NCBI GenBank assembly: GCA_964655065.1
Contig: CAZZLC010000019.1
Coordinates: forward strand, 1-64,000
DNA length: 64,000 nucleotides
Direction of reading: 5' to 3'
From: an uncultured Enterobacteriaceae bacterium
GTDB lineage: Bacteria > Myxococcota_A > UBA796 > GCA-2862545
This document shows, in pieces, positions 47,138-56,909 of this stretch. The position numbers were made by a program, and so were the translations under genes. The notes under the pieces were generated by a model. The model was not told where the DNA came from, made no database searches, and saw nothing but the letters and a program-made list of their open reading frames with translations. Every line of letters starts with the position of its first letter. Position 1 is the stretch's first letter.

Positions 47138-49612
47138 GTGGAGTCTGCCCTGTCCGCATCGCCCTCCTCGCCCCACAGCCTGTTCCCGGACCGGTCGACG
47201 GGTGCCTACGTCGACGTGGTGTTGCCCCGACCGCTCACGGGGGCGCTCACCTATGCGGTGCCCGCGCCCCTTCACCCCGTGCAGCTCGGCCACGTGGTGC
47301 TCGTCCCGCTGGGCCGCCAGCTCGAGACCGCCTACGTCGTGGGAGAGAACCCGGAGCCGGCGTTCGATCTGGACAAGATCAAGCCCATTCAGCGTCTCCT
47401 CGACCCGGTCCCCGCCTTCGACGAGCGGCAGCTCGAGTTCCTGTCGTGGGCGGCCGACTACTACCTCGCGCCCCTCGGCATGGTCATCCACACCGCGCTG
47501 CCCTCGGGCATCCGAGCCAAGACGCTCCGGACTGTCGTGCCCGCCGACGAAGGGGCGCTGGCCTTGACTCGGGCCGAGTCGTCGGACCCCTCCGAGCTGC
47601 AGGTCCTGCGCGAGGTGATCGCCCGGCCGGGCCTCACCCGTCGCGGCATCCAGCGACGACTTCGCGACGAGCTCGATCCCGACGAGGTGCGAAAGGTGAT
47701 CGACCGACTGGTCCGCCGGCGCTGGATTGCCTGGGAGGAGCGCGAGGTGGGCGAGACCCGGGGCGAGGTCCGCACCGTGGCGCTCGTACACGGAGCGAGC
47801 CCGGACGGGGGGCTCGGCACGCGCATGGCCGCCTTGATCGACGCGCTGCGGGCGGCCGGGGGTCCCGTGGATCTCGACGTGCTCCTCGCGGATCAGGGCA
47901 GCTCGGCGCGCGACTCCCTCAAGCGGCTCGAGGAGCGTGGTCTCGTCGAGCTCGGGACCCGGGAGCGTCGCGACGTGCTGCTCGACGCCCCCGCGCTCGG
48001 CTCGCCGGTCCCGCCGCCGCTCAACCAGGACCAGAAGGCCGCCCTCGACGCGATCCTGGCTCCCGGGGTCCAGACGGTGCTCTTGTTCGGAGTCACGGGG
48101 TCGGGCAAGACCGAGGTGTTCCTCGGCGCGGCCCAGCAGGTGCTGGCGGCGGGCCGACAGGTGCTGGTCCTGGTGCCCGAGATCGGGCTGACCCCCCAGC
48201 TGGTGGGGCGGTTCCGGGCTCGCTTCGGCGACCGGATCGCGGTGCTCCACTCCGGTCTCACCGGGCTCGAGCGCCTTGCCCAGTGGCGGCGCATCCGGGC
48301 TGGCGAGGTCGACGTCACGATCGGGGCGCGATCCGCGCTCTTCGCGCCGTTCCGGGAGCTCGGACTCGTGGTCGTCGACGAAGAGCACGACGACTCGTAC
48401 AAGCAGGACGAGGGCGTGTCCTACAACGCGCGGGATCTGGCGGTGGTGCTCGGCCTGCGCGAGGGCTGCCCCGTGGTCCTGGCGTCGGCCACCCCGTCGC
48501 TCGAGAGCTGGCAGAACGCCCAGCGAGGCCGCTACGGGCTCGTTCGCCTCCCCGAGCGTGCCACCCCGCGGCCCGTGCCGAGGGTGCAGGTCGTCGACCT
48601 CTCGGGGCTCGACGGATCTCCCCTGCTCGCGCCCGTCGTGGAGGAGGCGCTCGACGACACGTTCGCCCGGGGCGCCCAGGCGATCGTGCTCTACAACCGC
48701 CGGGGCTATGCGACGCTGGTGAGCTGCGAGGCGTGCGGGGCCGGCTACGAGTGCCCGAACTGCGGCATCTCCATGACGCTCCACAAGCGCGAGCGCCGCA
48801 TGGTCTGCCACTACTGCGCGCTCAAGCTCGACTACAGCAGCGTGTGTCCCGTCTGCAAGGCGCCGGAGCTCCGCGAGTCCGGTAAAGGCACCGAGCGGGT
48901 CGAGGAGACGCTCCAGAGGCGATTCCCGAACGTGGCGATGGGTCGGCTCGACGCCGACACCACTCGGGAGCGCGGGGCGCTGCACCGAATCCTCGCGGAG
49001 TTTCGCGCTGGAGAGACCCAGTTGCTGGTGGGTACGCAGATCGTGGCCAAGGGGCACGACTTCCCCGGCGTCCAGACGGCGGTGGTGATCAGCGCCGATC
49101 AAGCCCTGCGGCTCCCCGACTTCCGTTCCGCGGAGCGGACGGCGGCGTTGCTCGTGCAGCTCGCGGGTCGGGCGGGGCGAGGCTCGGTCGCCGGCCAGGT
49201 GTTCGTGCAGACCCGCGACCCGTCTCACTACGTGCTGCAGCACCTCGACGACGTCGAGGGCTTCTACGGCGTCGAGCTCAAGCACCGATCGCTGCTTCGC
49301 TATCCGCCGTTCTCGCGGCTCTGCCTCGTCAAGCTCGACGGGGTCGACCGAGGCCTCGTGTGGCGCACCATTCGTGACCTCGCGAGCGATCTTCGGGACG
49401 CGGCGCGCTCCCGACCGGGGCTGAAGGTGCTGGGGCCTGCTCCGGCCGCCCTGCCTCGGATCGTGGGACGCTGGCGGTTCCAGCTCATCGTGCGGGGCGA
49501 GCACGTCGGCGCCTGGGTGGAATTCCTGCGCTCGCTGCGCCCGCGGCTCGAGGCGCGCCCCCCCAAGGGGGTGCGCATCCACATCGACGTCGATCCGCGA
49601 AGCTTGCTGTGA
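47138..49612 (+). CDS. priA: primosomal protein N' (replication restart helicase PriA)
   Basis: Walker A 'GVTGSGKTEV', DEAH-like 'VVVDEEHD' and the Cys-rich zinc-binding region 'CEACGAGYECPNCGISMTLH...CHYCA...CPVC'. C-terminal helicase motifs 'LLVGTQIVAKGHDFP' and 'QLAGRAGR' are also present. GTG at 47138 is the proposed start; the frame is open from 46979. Confidence 0.85.
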   Translation: MESALSASPSSPHSLFPDRSTGAYVDVVLPRPLTGALTYAVPAPLHPVQLGHVVLVPLGRQLETAYVVGENPEPAFDLDKIKPIQRLLDPVPAFDERQLEFLSWAADYYLAPLGMVIHTALPSGIRAKTLRTVVPADEGALALTRAESSDPSELQVLREVIARPGLTRRGIQRRLRDELDPDEVRKVIDRLVRRRWIAWEEREVGETRGEVRTVALVHGASPDGGLGTRMAALIDALRAAGGPVDLDVLLADQGSSARDSLKRLEERGLVELGTRERRDVLLDAPALGSPVPPPLNQDQKAALDAILAPGVQTVLLFGVTGSGKTEVFLGAAQQVLAAGRQVLVLVPEIGLTPQLVGRFRARFGDRIAVLHSGLTGLERLAQWRRIRAGEVDVTIGARSALFAPFRELGLVVVDEEHDDSYKQDEGVSYNARDLAVVLGLREGCPVVLASATPSLESWQNAQRGRYGLVRLPERATPRPVPRVQVVDLSGLDGSPLLAPVVEEALDDTFARGAQAIVLYNRRGYATLVSCEACGAGYECPNCGISMTLHKRERRMVCHYCALKLDYSSVCPVCKAPELRESGKGTERVEETLQRRFPNVAMGRLDADTTRERGALHRILAEFRAGETQLLVGTQIVAKGHDFPGVQTAVVISADQALRLPDFRSAERTAALLVQLAGRAGRGSVAGQVFVQTRDPSHYVLQHLDDVEGFYGVELKHRSLLRYPPFSRLCLVKLDGVDRGLVWRTIRDLASDLRDAARSRPGLKVLGPAPAALPRIVGRWRFQLIVRGEHVGAWVEFLRSLRPRLEARPPKGVRIHIDVDPRSLL

Positions 49613-50620
49613 TCAGGTCGGGGTGAGCACGCCGCCCGGGTACACGATCGTGTCGACGTGGTCGCCTTCGGGCACCGTGCAGCCGTCCCACACCACGCAC
49701 CGGGTCAGCGATGCGCCGCTGGGAATGCGGGCCCCGGCGCCGATCACGCTCTCCTCGATGCGCGCTCGGCCCGCGAACTCGACGCCGTCGCCGATCCAGG
49801 CGGGACCTTCGACCTCGACGCCCTCGGGAGGAGTCGGCGCAGCGCCCGCGGTCTCCCCGGAGGCCCTTCGGGCCCAGGCCGCCCTCGGCATCGGGTCGAG
49901 GGCGAGCCCGACGCGGCCGCAGAGCACGTCGAGGTTCGCCTCGAGGTAGGCCTTCGGGTTGCCCGCATCGAGCCAGGGACCCGGGTTGCGGATGCCCGTG
50001 ACCTTTCGCTCCGGAACCAACTTCACGTAGGCCGTGCGGATGATGCAGGCGAACTCGTCGGGAGGAACGAGCTCGAGGGCTCGACGGTCCATGGCGTGGA
50101 TGCCCGTGAAGTGGGTGTCCTCGTTGCGCTCCCCCTCGGGCTCGACGCTCGCGAGCGAGGTGATGCGCCACACCGTGCCGGCGCTGTCGGCGGCGACGAT
50201 GCCGTACTTCTGGTCGTCGTCGGGGTAGGGTCGCAGCGACATCGCGGCCCCGCCCGGGCGAACGGCGCCGATCAGGGCGGTCAGGTCGGTGTCGTGGAGC
50301 ACGTCGCCGTTGAGCACGGCGAAGACCGGATCCAGCTCGTTCGCGACCTTGCGGAGGCCGCCGCCCGTGCCGAGGACGTCGGGCTTCTCGGTCGAGACCG
50401 TGACGTTGACGTCCTCGTGAAGCCCCGCCCACGCCTCGATCTGCTCGGCCAGCCAGTGGGCGTTCACCACCACGTGCTGGAGGCCGTGTCGCGCGCAGAG
50501 GCGAAGCGAGTAGGCGAGCAGCGGAACGCCGCACACGGGCACCAGCGGCTTGGGGCGGTGGTCCGTGAGCGGCCGGAGGCGGGTGCCGAGTCCGGCAGCG
50601 AGAACAAAGGCTTGAAACAC
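49613..50620 (-). CDS. sugar-phosphate nucleotidyltransferase with C-terminal left-handed beta-helix (GMPP/RmlA-like)
   Basis: N-terminal 'VLAAGLGTRLRPLT' NTP-transferase motif and C-terminal hexapeptide repeats. GTG start at 50620. Confidence 0.8.
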   Translation of the reverse strand: MFQAFVLAAGLGTRLRPLTDHRPKPLVPVCGVPLLAYSLRLCARHGLQHVVVNAHWLAEQIEAWAGLHEDVNVTVSTEKPDVLGTGGGLRKVANELDPVFAVLNGDVLHDTDLTALIGAVRPGGAAMSLRPYPDDDQKYGIVAADSAGTVWRITSLASVEPEGERNEDTHFTGIHAMDRRALELVPPDEFACIIRTAYVKLVPERKVTGIRNPGPWLDAGNPKAYLEANLDVLCGRVGLALDPMPRAAWARRASGETAGAAPTPPEGVEVEGPAWIGDGVEFAGRARIEESVIGAGARIPSGASLTRCVVWDGCTVPEGDHVDTIVYPGGVLTPT

Positions 50621-50795
50621 GGGAACTCCACATTTCCGTCGTGCGACGAGCGGGAACGTCGGGACACGCGGGTACGTATCTGGTCCTCGGACCTGGACCC
50701 CCCACGGTTCAGGGGCGACCGACGCGGGATGCGGTCTGGGAGTGGTCGCCGTCCTCGTCGACTCCGCTCCTGCGGACGGCGGGCTCCCGGCGAGG

Positions 50796-50825
50796 TTGAC
50801 CCAAGGTCGCGTTCCGCGAGAGAAT
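50796..50825 (+). promoter_or_regulatory. candidate sigma70-like promoter (TTGACC-N18-GAGAAT) upstream of the small-protein genes
   Basis: Hexamer-like elements sit in the 260-nt intergenic region, 55 nt upstream of the 50881 start. Sequence-only evidence, weak. Confidence 0.25.
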
Positions 50826-50880
50826 CGATGGCGACAGGCCTCCGGAGGGTTAGCCGCCTCGTCCTACCTGGAGCGGTCCC

Positions 50881-51300
50881 GTGTCGATCCTGCTCGCACT
50901 CGCCGTCGTTGCTCGCGCCGATCCCCCCGTGGACGACACCCCACCCACGGATCCGCCCGAGGTCCTCTCCAAGCGGGAGGCCCGGGAGCTCGCCCGGCGA
51001 CTTGCAGAGCTGACTCCCGAGGCTCCGGGTGACGGTCGGTCCAGGGGCAGCCGCCGCGCCAAGCGCCAGGCGATCGAGCCCGCTTCCGTGCAACCCGCAC
51101 GGCTGTCTCGGGTTTCGGTGTGCCAGGAGCTCGTACCCAAGGCACCGTCGCTCTCCGAGGAGACCCTCGACGCGCTCAAGGCGACTTGCCCGAGCTGGTT
51201 CCCCGTGCCTGCCCCGCCGACTTTTTGTCGCATCGACCCCTGCGTGACCGACCTGAAGGTCGAGGAGGGGCCCGACCTGACTGCGACGGCGCCTCGCTGA
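50881..51300 (+). CDS. hypothetical small secreted Cys-containing protein
   Basis: GTG start with GGAG 7 nt upstream. Signal-like 'MSILLALAVVARA'. The C-terminal region contains four Cys residues. Confidence 0.35.
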   Translation: MSILLALAVVARADPPVDDTPPTDPPEVLSKREARELARRLAELTPEAPGDGRSRGSRRAKRQAIEPASVQPARLSRVSVCQELVPKAPSLSEETLDALKATCPSWFPVPAPPTFCRIDPCVTDLKVEEGPDLTATAPR

Positions 51301-51383
51301 CCCAGACCGCGCGAGTGTCGTTGCAGGGGCGAGGATCTCGACCCCGGGTATGTTAGCGTCAGTCGCCCACCGGGAGGACCACC

Positions 51384-51740
51384 ATGGTCGCGCGCACTCT
51401 CCTCGTCCTTGGCCTCTCGAGCCTCGTTGGCTGTGAGAAGCCCCCCATCTACTCGAACATCAACAAGGTGATCGTCCATCACCAGACGGTGGCGAGCGGT
51501 ACCCAGAAGACGGAGCTCGTCGGACAGCAGCTGCAGCGCGCCATCCGGTGCCTCTACACCACCGAAGAGGTCACCGAAGAGGAGGCCCTCCAGCAGGACT
51601 TCATCCAGGCCATCGTGGTGATCCAGGTGGTGGACCGCATCGGCGACCGGATGTTCGAGCTCTTCACGAACGAGAACTTCAAGGGCAACAAGGGCAAGTA
51701 CTACCGGAACCGCTGCATCCACGCCATCGTGCGGCGCTGA
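51384..51740 (+). CDS. hypothetical small lipoprotein
   Basis: ATG with a GGGAGGA RBS and lipobox 'LSSLVGCEK'. Composition is non-biased, Gln/Glu-rich and relatively AT-rich for this genome. Confidence 0.55.
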   Translation: MVARTLLVLGLSSLVGCEKPPIYSNINKVIVHHQTVASGTQKTELVGQQLQRAIRCLYTTEEVTEEEALQQDFIQAIVVIQVVDRIGDRMFELFTNENFKGNKGKYYRNRCIHAIVRR

Positions 51741-51756
51741 GCGGTTCTCGCCGTGG

Positions 51757-51924
51757 TCAGCGGCCGGCGGGGGCCTCCAGGGTAGCCGCCGGCTCTTCGC
51801 TGCTCTCTGCGCCCACCGTCGCCCAGGTGACGACGAGGAGGCCACAGCAGAGGGCCACGAAGACCATGAAGAGCACGCTCGGTCGGGGGCTCTCTTCCTG
51901 CTTGACGGTCAGTGAACGGGCCAT
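51757..51924 (-). CDS. hypothetical single-TM small protein (55 aa)
   Basis: ATG at 51924 with a GGGAGA RBS. A single TM segment '[21 protein letters not shown]'. It is the C-terminal part of a longer junk ORF and is convergent with the lipoprotein gene. Confidence 0.3.
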   Translation of the reverse strand: MARSLTVKQEESPRPSVLFMVFVALCCGLLVVTWATVGAESSEEPAATLEAPAGR

Positions 51925-52161
51925 GGGGTCTCCCGGGATGGGCCACGACCGCGGTCGCGACTGCGGGGATGTAGGACGCCGGTCCCCGGGGTGCCACCCA
52001 CCGCGTCTGGAACCCCGTCCATTCCGAGACTCTCTCGGATCGTCCGGCCGCGATCGGCGTCCCCGTCGGGTCACGAGCAGAGATACGAGAGCCCGCCTGG
52101 GGGTAGCGGTGAGCGAGCTTCGCGAGGTCTCGGAACGCCCGGACGTCACGGCGGTCCAGTA

Positions 52162-52605
52162 GTGCGGGCGGTGGTCCAGCGGGTCGGCGAGGCGTCGGTG
52201 ACCGTCGACGGCAAGGTGGTGGGCGCAATCGAGCAGGGTGTGCTCGTCCTCCTCGGGGTGGCGAGGGGAGATGGTCCCGACCAGGGCGCCTGGCTCGCCC
52301 AGAAGGTAGCCCAGCTCCGTATCTTCGAGGATGACGACGGCAAGATGAACCGCTCGCTTCTCGACATCGATGGCGGGGCCCTCGTGGTGAGTCAGTTCAC
52401 GCTGTACGGCGACGTCCGGAAGGGACGCCGCCCGAGCTTCGTGGGAGCGGCCGCGCCCGAGACGGCCGAGCCCCTCTACGAGGCCTTCTGCGACGCCCTG
52501 GCGGCCGCCGGAGTGGCCAGGGTGGAGCGGGGGACCTTCGGTGCGCACATGGACGTGCGCTTGCTCAACGACGGACCCGTGACCCTGGTGATCGACCATG
52601 ACTGA
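52162..52605 (+). CDS. dtd: D-aminoacyl-tRNA deacylase
   Basis: Collinear with E. coli Dtd, sharing 'VVQRV..ASVTVDG', 'LVLLGV', '[14 protein letters not shown]' and '[10 protein letters not shown]'. GTG at 52162 gives a 148-aa protein. Confidence 0.85.
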   Translation: MRAVVQRVGEASVTVDGKVVGAIEQGVLVLLGVARGDGPDQGAWLAQKVAQLRIFEDDDGKMNRSLLDIDGGALVVSQFTLYGDVRKGRRPSFVGAAAPETAEPLYEAFCDALAAAGVARVERGTFGAHMDVRLLNDGPVTLVIDHD

Positions 52606-53392
52606 GCTCGACGTCGCCCTCGAGGCAGCCCACGCCGCGGCGGCGGCCATCGCTGCCTCCGGGCCCCTCTCGGTGAAGCACAAGGGGACCTTCGATCTGG
52701 TGACCCAGGCCGATGTCGCGGCCGAGCGGGCCATCCGCGAGGTTCTCGAGCGTCACACCCCCGACGTGGCGATCCTCGGTGAGGAGGGCGGGGGCACCGA
52801 GGCCTCCACCCGCTGGGTGGTCGACCCCATCGACGGCACGACCAACTTCGTCCACGGCGTGCCGCACTTCGGCATCTCCGTCGCCCTCGAGGTCGACGGC
52901 GAGCCCGTGGTCGGCGTCATCCACAACCCGGGACGCGGGGAGACGTGGCGCACCGCGAAGGGTCAGGGCGCCTGGCTCGGCGACCAGCGACTCGTCGTGA
53001 GCGAGACCCGGGAGCTCTCGGCGGCCCTGTGCGCGACGGGGTTCACGGTGCACCGCGATCGCATCGCGCTTCCGCTCGCGATGACCGAAGCGGTCCTGCA
53101 CCACTGCCACGGGATTCGTCGCTTCGGGGCCGCCTCCATGGACCTCGCCTACGTCGCGGCGGGCCACTTCGACGCGTACTTCGAGCTCTACCTGTCGCGG
53201 TGGGATGCCGCGGCGGGGATCCTCCTCGTCCGCGAGGCGGGGGGACGCGTCGAGGCCCTACCCGGCCGGGCTCTCGGCGACCATCCCGCCCCGCTGGCGA
53301 CCAACGGCTGGTTGCACGACGCGTTGTTCTCGCTAATCGAGGCGACCCTGCGCGAGCACGACGCAGGACCACGAGGAGGGCAACCGTCATGA
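52598..53392 (+). CDS. suhB: inositol monophosphatase family protein (SuhB-like)
   Basis: IMPase motifs '[14 protein letters not shown]' and '[15 protein letters not shown]'. ATG overlaps the dtd stop. Confidence 0.8.
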   Translation: MTELDVALEAAHAAAAAIAASGPLSVKHKGTFDLVTQADVAAERAIREVLERHTPDVAILGEEGGGTEASTRWVVDPIDGTTNFVHGVPHFGISVALEVDGEPVVGVIHNPGRGETWRTAKGQGAWLGDQRLVVSETRELSAALCATGFTVHRDRIALPLAMTEAVLHHCHGIRRFGAASMDLAYVAAGHFDAYFELYLSRWDAAAGILLVREAGGRVEALPGRALGDHPAPLATNGWLHDALFSLIEATLREHDAGPRGGQPS

Positions 53393-54555
53393 AACCCTGG
53401 TTCTGGATGCTCTGGCTGCTCGCCGCAGTGGGCTGCGCGAAGTCGGGGCGGTCCGTGGCCGAGTACGACATCACGCGCGGCGCGCTCAGCGACGCGACCG
53501 GCTACGAGACGCTGCAGGCCGAGGCCGAGGCCGAGTATGCCCCTTCTCGGAAGGCGCGCGCCGGGCGCACCGCCGCCCCGCCTGCGCCTCCGCCCTCGAC
53601 CACGGTCTCACCGGTCGAACCGCCACGGCCTGACCGCATGGTCCACTACGACGGATTCGCGCGCATGCGGGCCACGCGGCCGAGCGAGACCGTCGATGCC
53701 GTCGCGAAGCTCGCCACCGACGTGGGAGGGCGGGTGGATCGCCTCACCGACACCCAGGCCACCGTGCGGGTGCCCGTGGCGTCGTTCGACGAGGTGTGGG
53801 CCGCGGTGCTCGACCTGGGGGACGTGCTCTCCAAGCAGGTGCGCGCCGACGACATCACCGACCAGTTTCGCGACATCGACCTCCGCGTGAAGACCCTCCG
53901 CACCATGCAGCAGCGCTTGATCCGGCTGCTGTCCCGGGCCCGCACCGAGGAGGAGAAGCTCGCCCTGCTCGAGCAGATCACCAGGGTCACCGAGGAGCTC
54001 GACCGCACGGAGTCGCAGCTCCGGGCGCTCCGCGATCTCGCCTCGATGTCGCGGATCAGCGTGGCGGTGGAACCCCGCGAGCTCGGCCGTCAGCAGGCCG
54101 AAGGGCTGGTCCTCTCCGGCTTCGAGTGGCTCCGCTCGCTGTCGCCGTTCAATCGGTCCGTGTGGGGCGACGACAAGCGCATCGAGCTGCCCACCCCCGA
54201 CGAGATGGTGTCGCTCACGAAGAACGGGCCCTGGATCGCCGAGAGCCCGGACCGGACCGTGATCTGGACCATGCGGGTGGAAAACGATCCCCGTGGCGAC
54301 GCGGACTTCTGGCGGAAGTCGCTCCACGAGGTGCTGGCGAGCGACTTCGAGAATGTGGCCACCCGTGACGTGGGCAACTGGGCGTGCTCGACGTTCGACG
54401 AGCCCGGCGCCGACGAGCCCTACCGCTGGCAGGTGTGCCTCACCGAGAGGGGCCGTCACGTCGAGGTGGTTCAGACCTACTTCCCCGGCCCGGCGCAGGT
54501 GGAACGCTTCGCCGAGCGCGTCGATGCCGCGCTCACGGGTGGAGGTGAGGCATGA
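53389..54555 (+). CDS. DUF4349-family lipoprotein
   Basis: ATG at 53389 with a GAGGAGGG RBS. Lipobox 'LAAVGCAKS', a Pro-rich linker, then a coiled-coil region ('DIDLRVKTLRTMQQRLIRLLSRARTEEEKLALLEQITRVTEELDRTESQLRALRD'). Confidence 0.7.
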   Translation: MKPWFWMLWLLAAVGCAKSGRSVAEYDITRGALSDATGYETLQAEAEAEYAPSRKARAGRTAAPPAPPPSTTVSPVEPPRPDRMVHYDGFARMRATRPSETVDAVAKLATDVGGRVDRLTDTQATVRVPVASFDEVWAAVLDLGDVLSKQVRADDITDQFRDIDLRVKTLRTMQQRLIRLLSRARTEEEKLALLEQITRVTEELDRTESQLRALRDLASMSRISVAVEPRELGRQQAEGLVLSGFEWLRSLSPFNRSVWGDDKRIELPTPDEMVSLTKNGPWIAESPDRTVIWTMRVENDPRGDADFWRKSLHEVLASDFENVATRDVGNWACSTFDEPGADEPYRWQVCLTERGRHVEVVQTYFPGPAQVERFAERVDAALTGGGEA

Positions 54556-55544
54556 TCGCGCTGATCGGACTCGTGTTCGGGGCGACCGCCGCCGAGCCCC
54601 AGCCGACGCGGGTCACCGCCGTCGTGACCGTCGCGGTCGCCCAGCGAGACGCGGCGGCCGACGCCCTCGTCGAGGGCGCCGAGGAGCTCGGCGGCTGGTT
54701 CCAGTCCCGCACCGACGACGGTGTGGAGCTGCGCGTTCCGACCGACAACGTGGATGCGATCCTCGACCGCGCAGCGGCGCAGGGCAAGGTTCTCGCCCGT
54801 TCGGTGGAGCGCAGCGACGTGGGGCAGGAGATCGCCGATCTTGCCGGCCGGCTCGAGGCCCGCAAGGAGGTCCTCGACGAGTACTTCCGTCTGCTCCGCT
54901 CGGCGGGCTCGAAGGCCATCGTGACCGTCGAGCGGCAGATCGTGAGGGCGATCGACGAGATCGAGCGCCTCGAGGGTCGGCTCAGGCTGCTCAACGACCA
55001 GGCGGCCTACGGCCGGGTCTCGGTCGACTTCCGCTTCCGGGATCGCGGCGCCCCCGCGAGGGACGGCGAGTCGTCGTGGGCGTGGATCAACACGCTCAAC
55101 GTCCAGGACGTCATCGCCGGACACCAGCTCGACCGGCCTGACTGGCGCTCGCGCGGCGCCTCGCTCGACGACCCGCCCGAGGGCTTCTCGGCCTGGAAGA
55201 AGGCGAGGCGATACCGGGCCGCCTCGCCCGACCGGGTGCTGTTCCGCGTGCGAACCGTGAAGCAGAAGCCCAAGGCTGAGCTCGACTTCTGGCGTGAGGC
55301 CGTCGCCAATCGCATGACCGATGCCGGGTACCGCGTCGTCGACCAGTCGTCGATCGAGGCCGGCGGGACCGAGGGGGCGATGCTCGAGCTCGCCGCCCCG
55401 CTCGGCAACCAGGACTGGAGCTACCTGCTCGCGATGTTCCCGCGCGGGCGCAAGATGGTGCTCGTCGAGGCCGCGGGAGAGGTCTCGGACTTCGCCGCAC
55501 GGCGCGAAGCCATCGTCGAGGCCATCGGTCGGGTCGAGCCCTGA
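54552..55544 (+). CDS. DUF4349-family protein, tandem paralog
   Basis: Overlaps the previous stop (ATGA). Same domain order as its neighbour, with 'RVTAVVTVAVAQRD...' and a coiled-coil 'EIADLAGRLEARKEVLDEYFRLLRSAGS...LEGRLRLLND'. Confidence 0.65.
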   Translation: MIALIGLVFGATAAEPQPTRVTAVVTVAVAQRDAAADALVEGAEELGGWFQSRTDDGVELRVPTDNVDAILDRAAAQGKVLARSVERSDVGQEIADLAGRLEARKEVLDEYFRLLRSAGSKAIVTVERQIVRAIDEIERLEGRLRLLNDQAAYGRVSVDFRFRDRGAPARDGESSWAWINTLNVQDVIAGHQLDRPDWRSRGASLDDPPEGFSAWKKARRYRAASPDRVLFRVRTVKQKPKAELDFWREAVANRMTDAGYRVVDQSSIEAGGTEGAMLELAAPLGNQDWSYLLAMFPRGRKMVLVEAAGEVSDFAARREAIVEAIGRVEP

Positions 55545-55561
55545 GCGCAGACGACCGACTC

Positions 55562-56413
55562 GTGGTCACCACCACGATCCGACACCTCGTGGGGTTCCTG
55601 CTCGGGTCGCTCGCGGTGGTGGGTCTGGTGTCGGTGGTCCTCGTGGGCGTCGTCGCGGTCCGGGTCCCCACGGGGAGTCCGGAGTTCGACCGGGCGATGG
55701 CCGCCGCGGTCGAGGATCCGACCTACGTCGGGCCCGTCAGTCTGCTCCAGGGATTCGGGCTGACCGCGCTCGCGCTCGGCCTCGGCTGGGCGCTCTCCCG
55801 TTCCGAGGGGGAGCGACTGGGCGACGTGCTCGGGCTCCGGGCGCCCTCGCCGGTGCTGTCGGTCACCGCCGCGGTGGGCGGGCTGCTCGTCTGGATCTGG
55901 CCCAGCTGGCTCGCGACGCAGCTCGTCGAGTGGTCGGGGGTCGAGTCCTCGGTCCAGTCGATCGGTGAGCTCCTCGTGGGCCCGTGGTCCGAGACCTGGG
56001 CGATGGTGCTCGCGGTGACGGTCGCGGCGCCGCTGTCCGAGGAGCTGCTGTTTCGCGGCTACCTCTGGCGGCTCGTGGAGAGAGCCTCCGGCTCGCGGGA
56101 GGCGGCCCTCGGGCTGTCCACCGTGCTCTTCGCGCTCTACCACGTCGACCCGGTGCACGTCGTCGCCCTGTTGCCCACCGCGGCGTTCCTCGGGTGGCTC
56201 CGTTACGCGTCGCGTTCCCTGTGGCCCGCGATCCTCGCCCACTTCGTGAACAACGCTGCCGCCGTGGTGGTGGTCCAGGTGCTGCCCGGCGACGTCGACG
56301 AACCCGGCCTCGCGCTTCTCGGAGGGGCAGCCTTCCTCGCGGTGGTGGGCGTCGGCGCGTGGCTTAGTCGCGAGCGATCTTCCGGAGGGCCCGCATCACC
56401 GACTCGTCGGTGA
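55562..56413 (+). CDS. CPBP-family (CAAX) intramembrane metalloprotease
   Basis: CPBP motifs 'EELLFRGYL', 'FALYH' and 'HFVNN'. A polytopic protein; GTG start at 55562. Confidence 0.8.
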   Translation: MVTTTIRHLVGFLLGSLAVVGLVSVVLVGVVAVRVPTGSPEFDRAMAAAVEDPTYVGPVSLLQGFGLTALALGLGWALSRSEGERLGDVLGLRAPSPVLSVTAAVGGLLVWIWPSWLATQLVEWSGVESSVQSIGELLVGPWSETWAMVLAVTVAAPLSEELLFRGYLWRLVERASGSREAALGLSTVLFALYHVDPVHVVALLPTAAFLGWLRYASRSLWPAILAHFVNNAAAVVVVQVLPGDVDEPGLALLGGAAFLAVVGVGAWLSRERSSGGPASPTRR

Positions 56414-56909
56414 TCGCCGGGTCGATCGTGGCCCACCGCACCCACCGGGCGGCCTTGGCGTCCGAGCCGGCACGGAGCGCTCGAGTCCCCGCCACGAACC
56501 GCAGGCGCAGATCGTAGTGGCGGTGCGGGGGCTGACCCTTCAGCGCAGGAATCTCGTGGACATCGACGTCGAAGAGTCCACTGCCCCACCGTCGCAGGTC
56601 GTGAAGCCCGGTCTCTTCGCCCACCTCGCGGCGCGCCGCCGCCTCGACCGAGACGTCGCCGGGCTCGAGGTGTCCGCCGGGCTGTAGCCAACGGTGGAGC
56701 TTGCCGTGCTCGATGAGCAGCACGTCATCACCATCCGGAGACAGCACGAACGCCGAGGCGGTGAAGTGCCCCGGCACGTAGTGCGCTCGTGAGGTGGGGT
56801 CGCTCGCGATGTCCGCGCGGGCGAGCGCCCGCATCTCTTCGACGAACCCGGCCTCCCGCTCGTCGGCCGGATCGTGCCGCGCGAGCAGGGCCCGGATGTC
56901 GTCGATCAC
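56364..56909 (-). CDS. NUDIX hydrolase
   Basis: GTG at 56909 overlaps the fadD-like stop (GTGA). Nudix box 'GGHLEPGDVSVEAAARREVGEETGL'. Confidence 0.75.
   Translation of the reverse strand: MIDDIRALLARHDPADEREAGFVEEMRALARADIASDPTSRAHYVPGHFTASAFVLSPDGDDVLLIEHGKLHRWLQPGGHLEPGDVSVEAAARREVGEETGLHDLRRWGSGLFDVDVHEIPALKGQPPHRHYDLRLRFVAGTRALRAGSDAKAARWVRWATIDPAITDESVMRALRKIARD

Noticed and set aside
47107-49582. 592-aa plus-strand and 818-aa minus-strand alternative ORFs across priA
   Set aside because: PriA Walker, DEAH and Cys-cluster motifs are only in the 46979..49612 frame. The others are Arg/Gly-rich.
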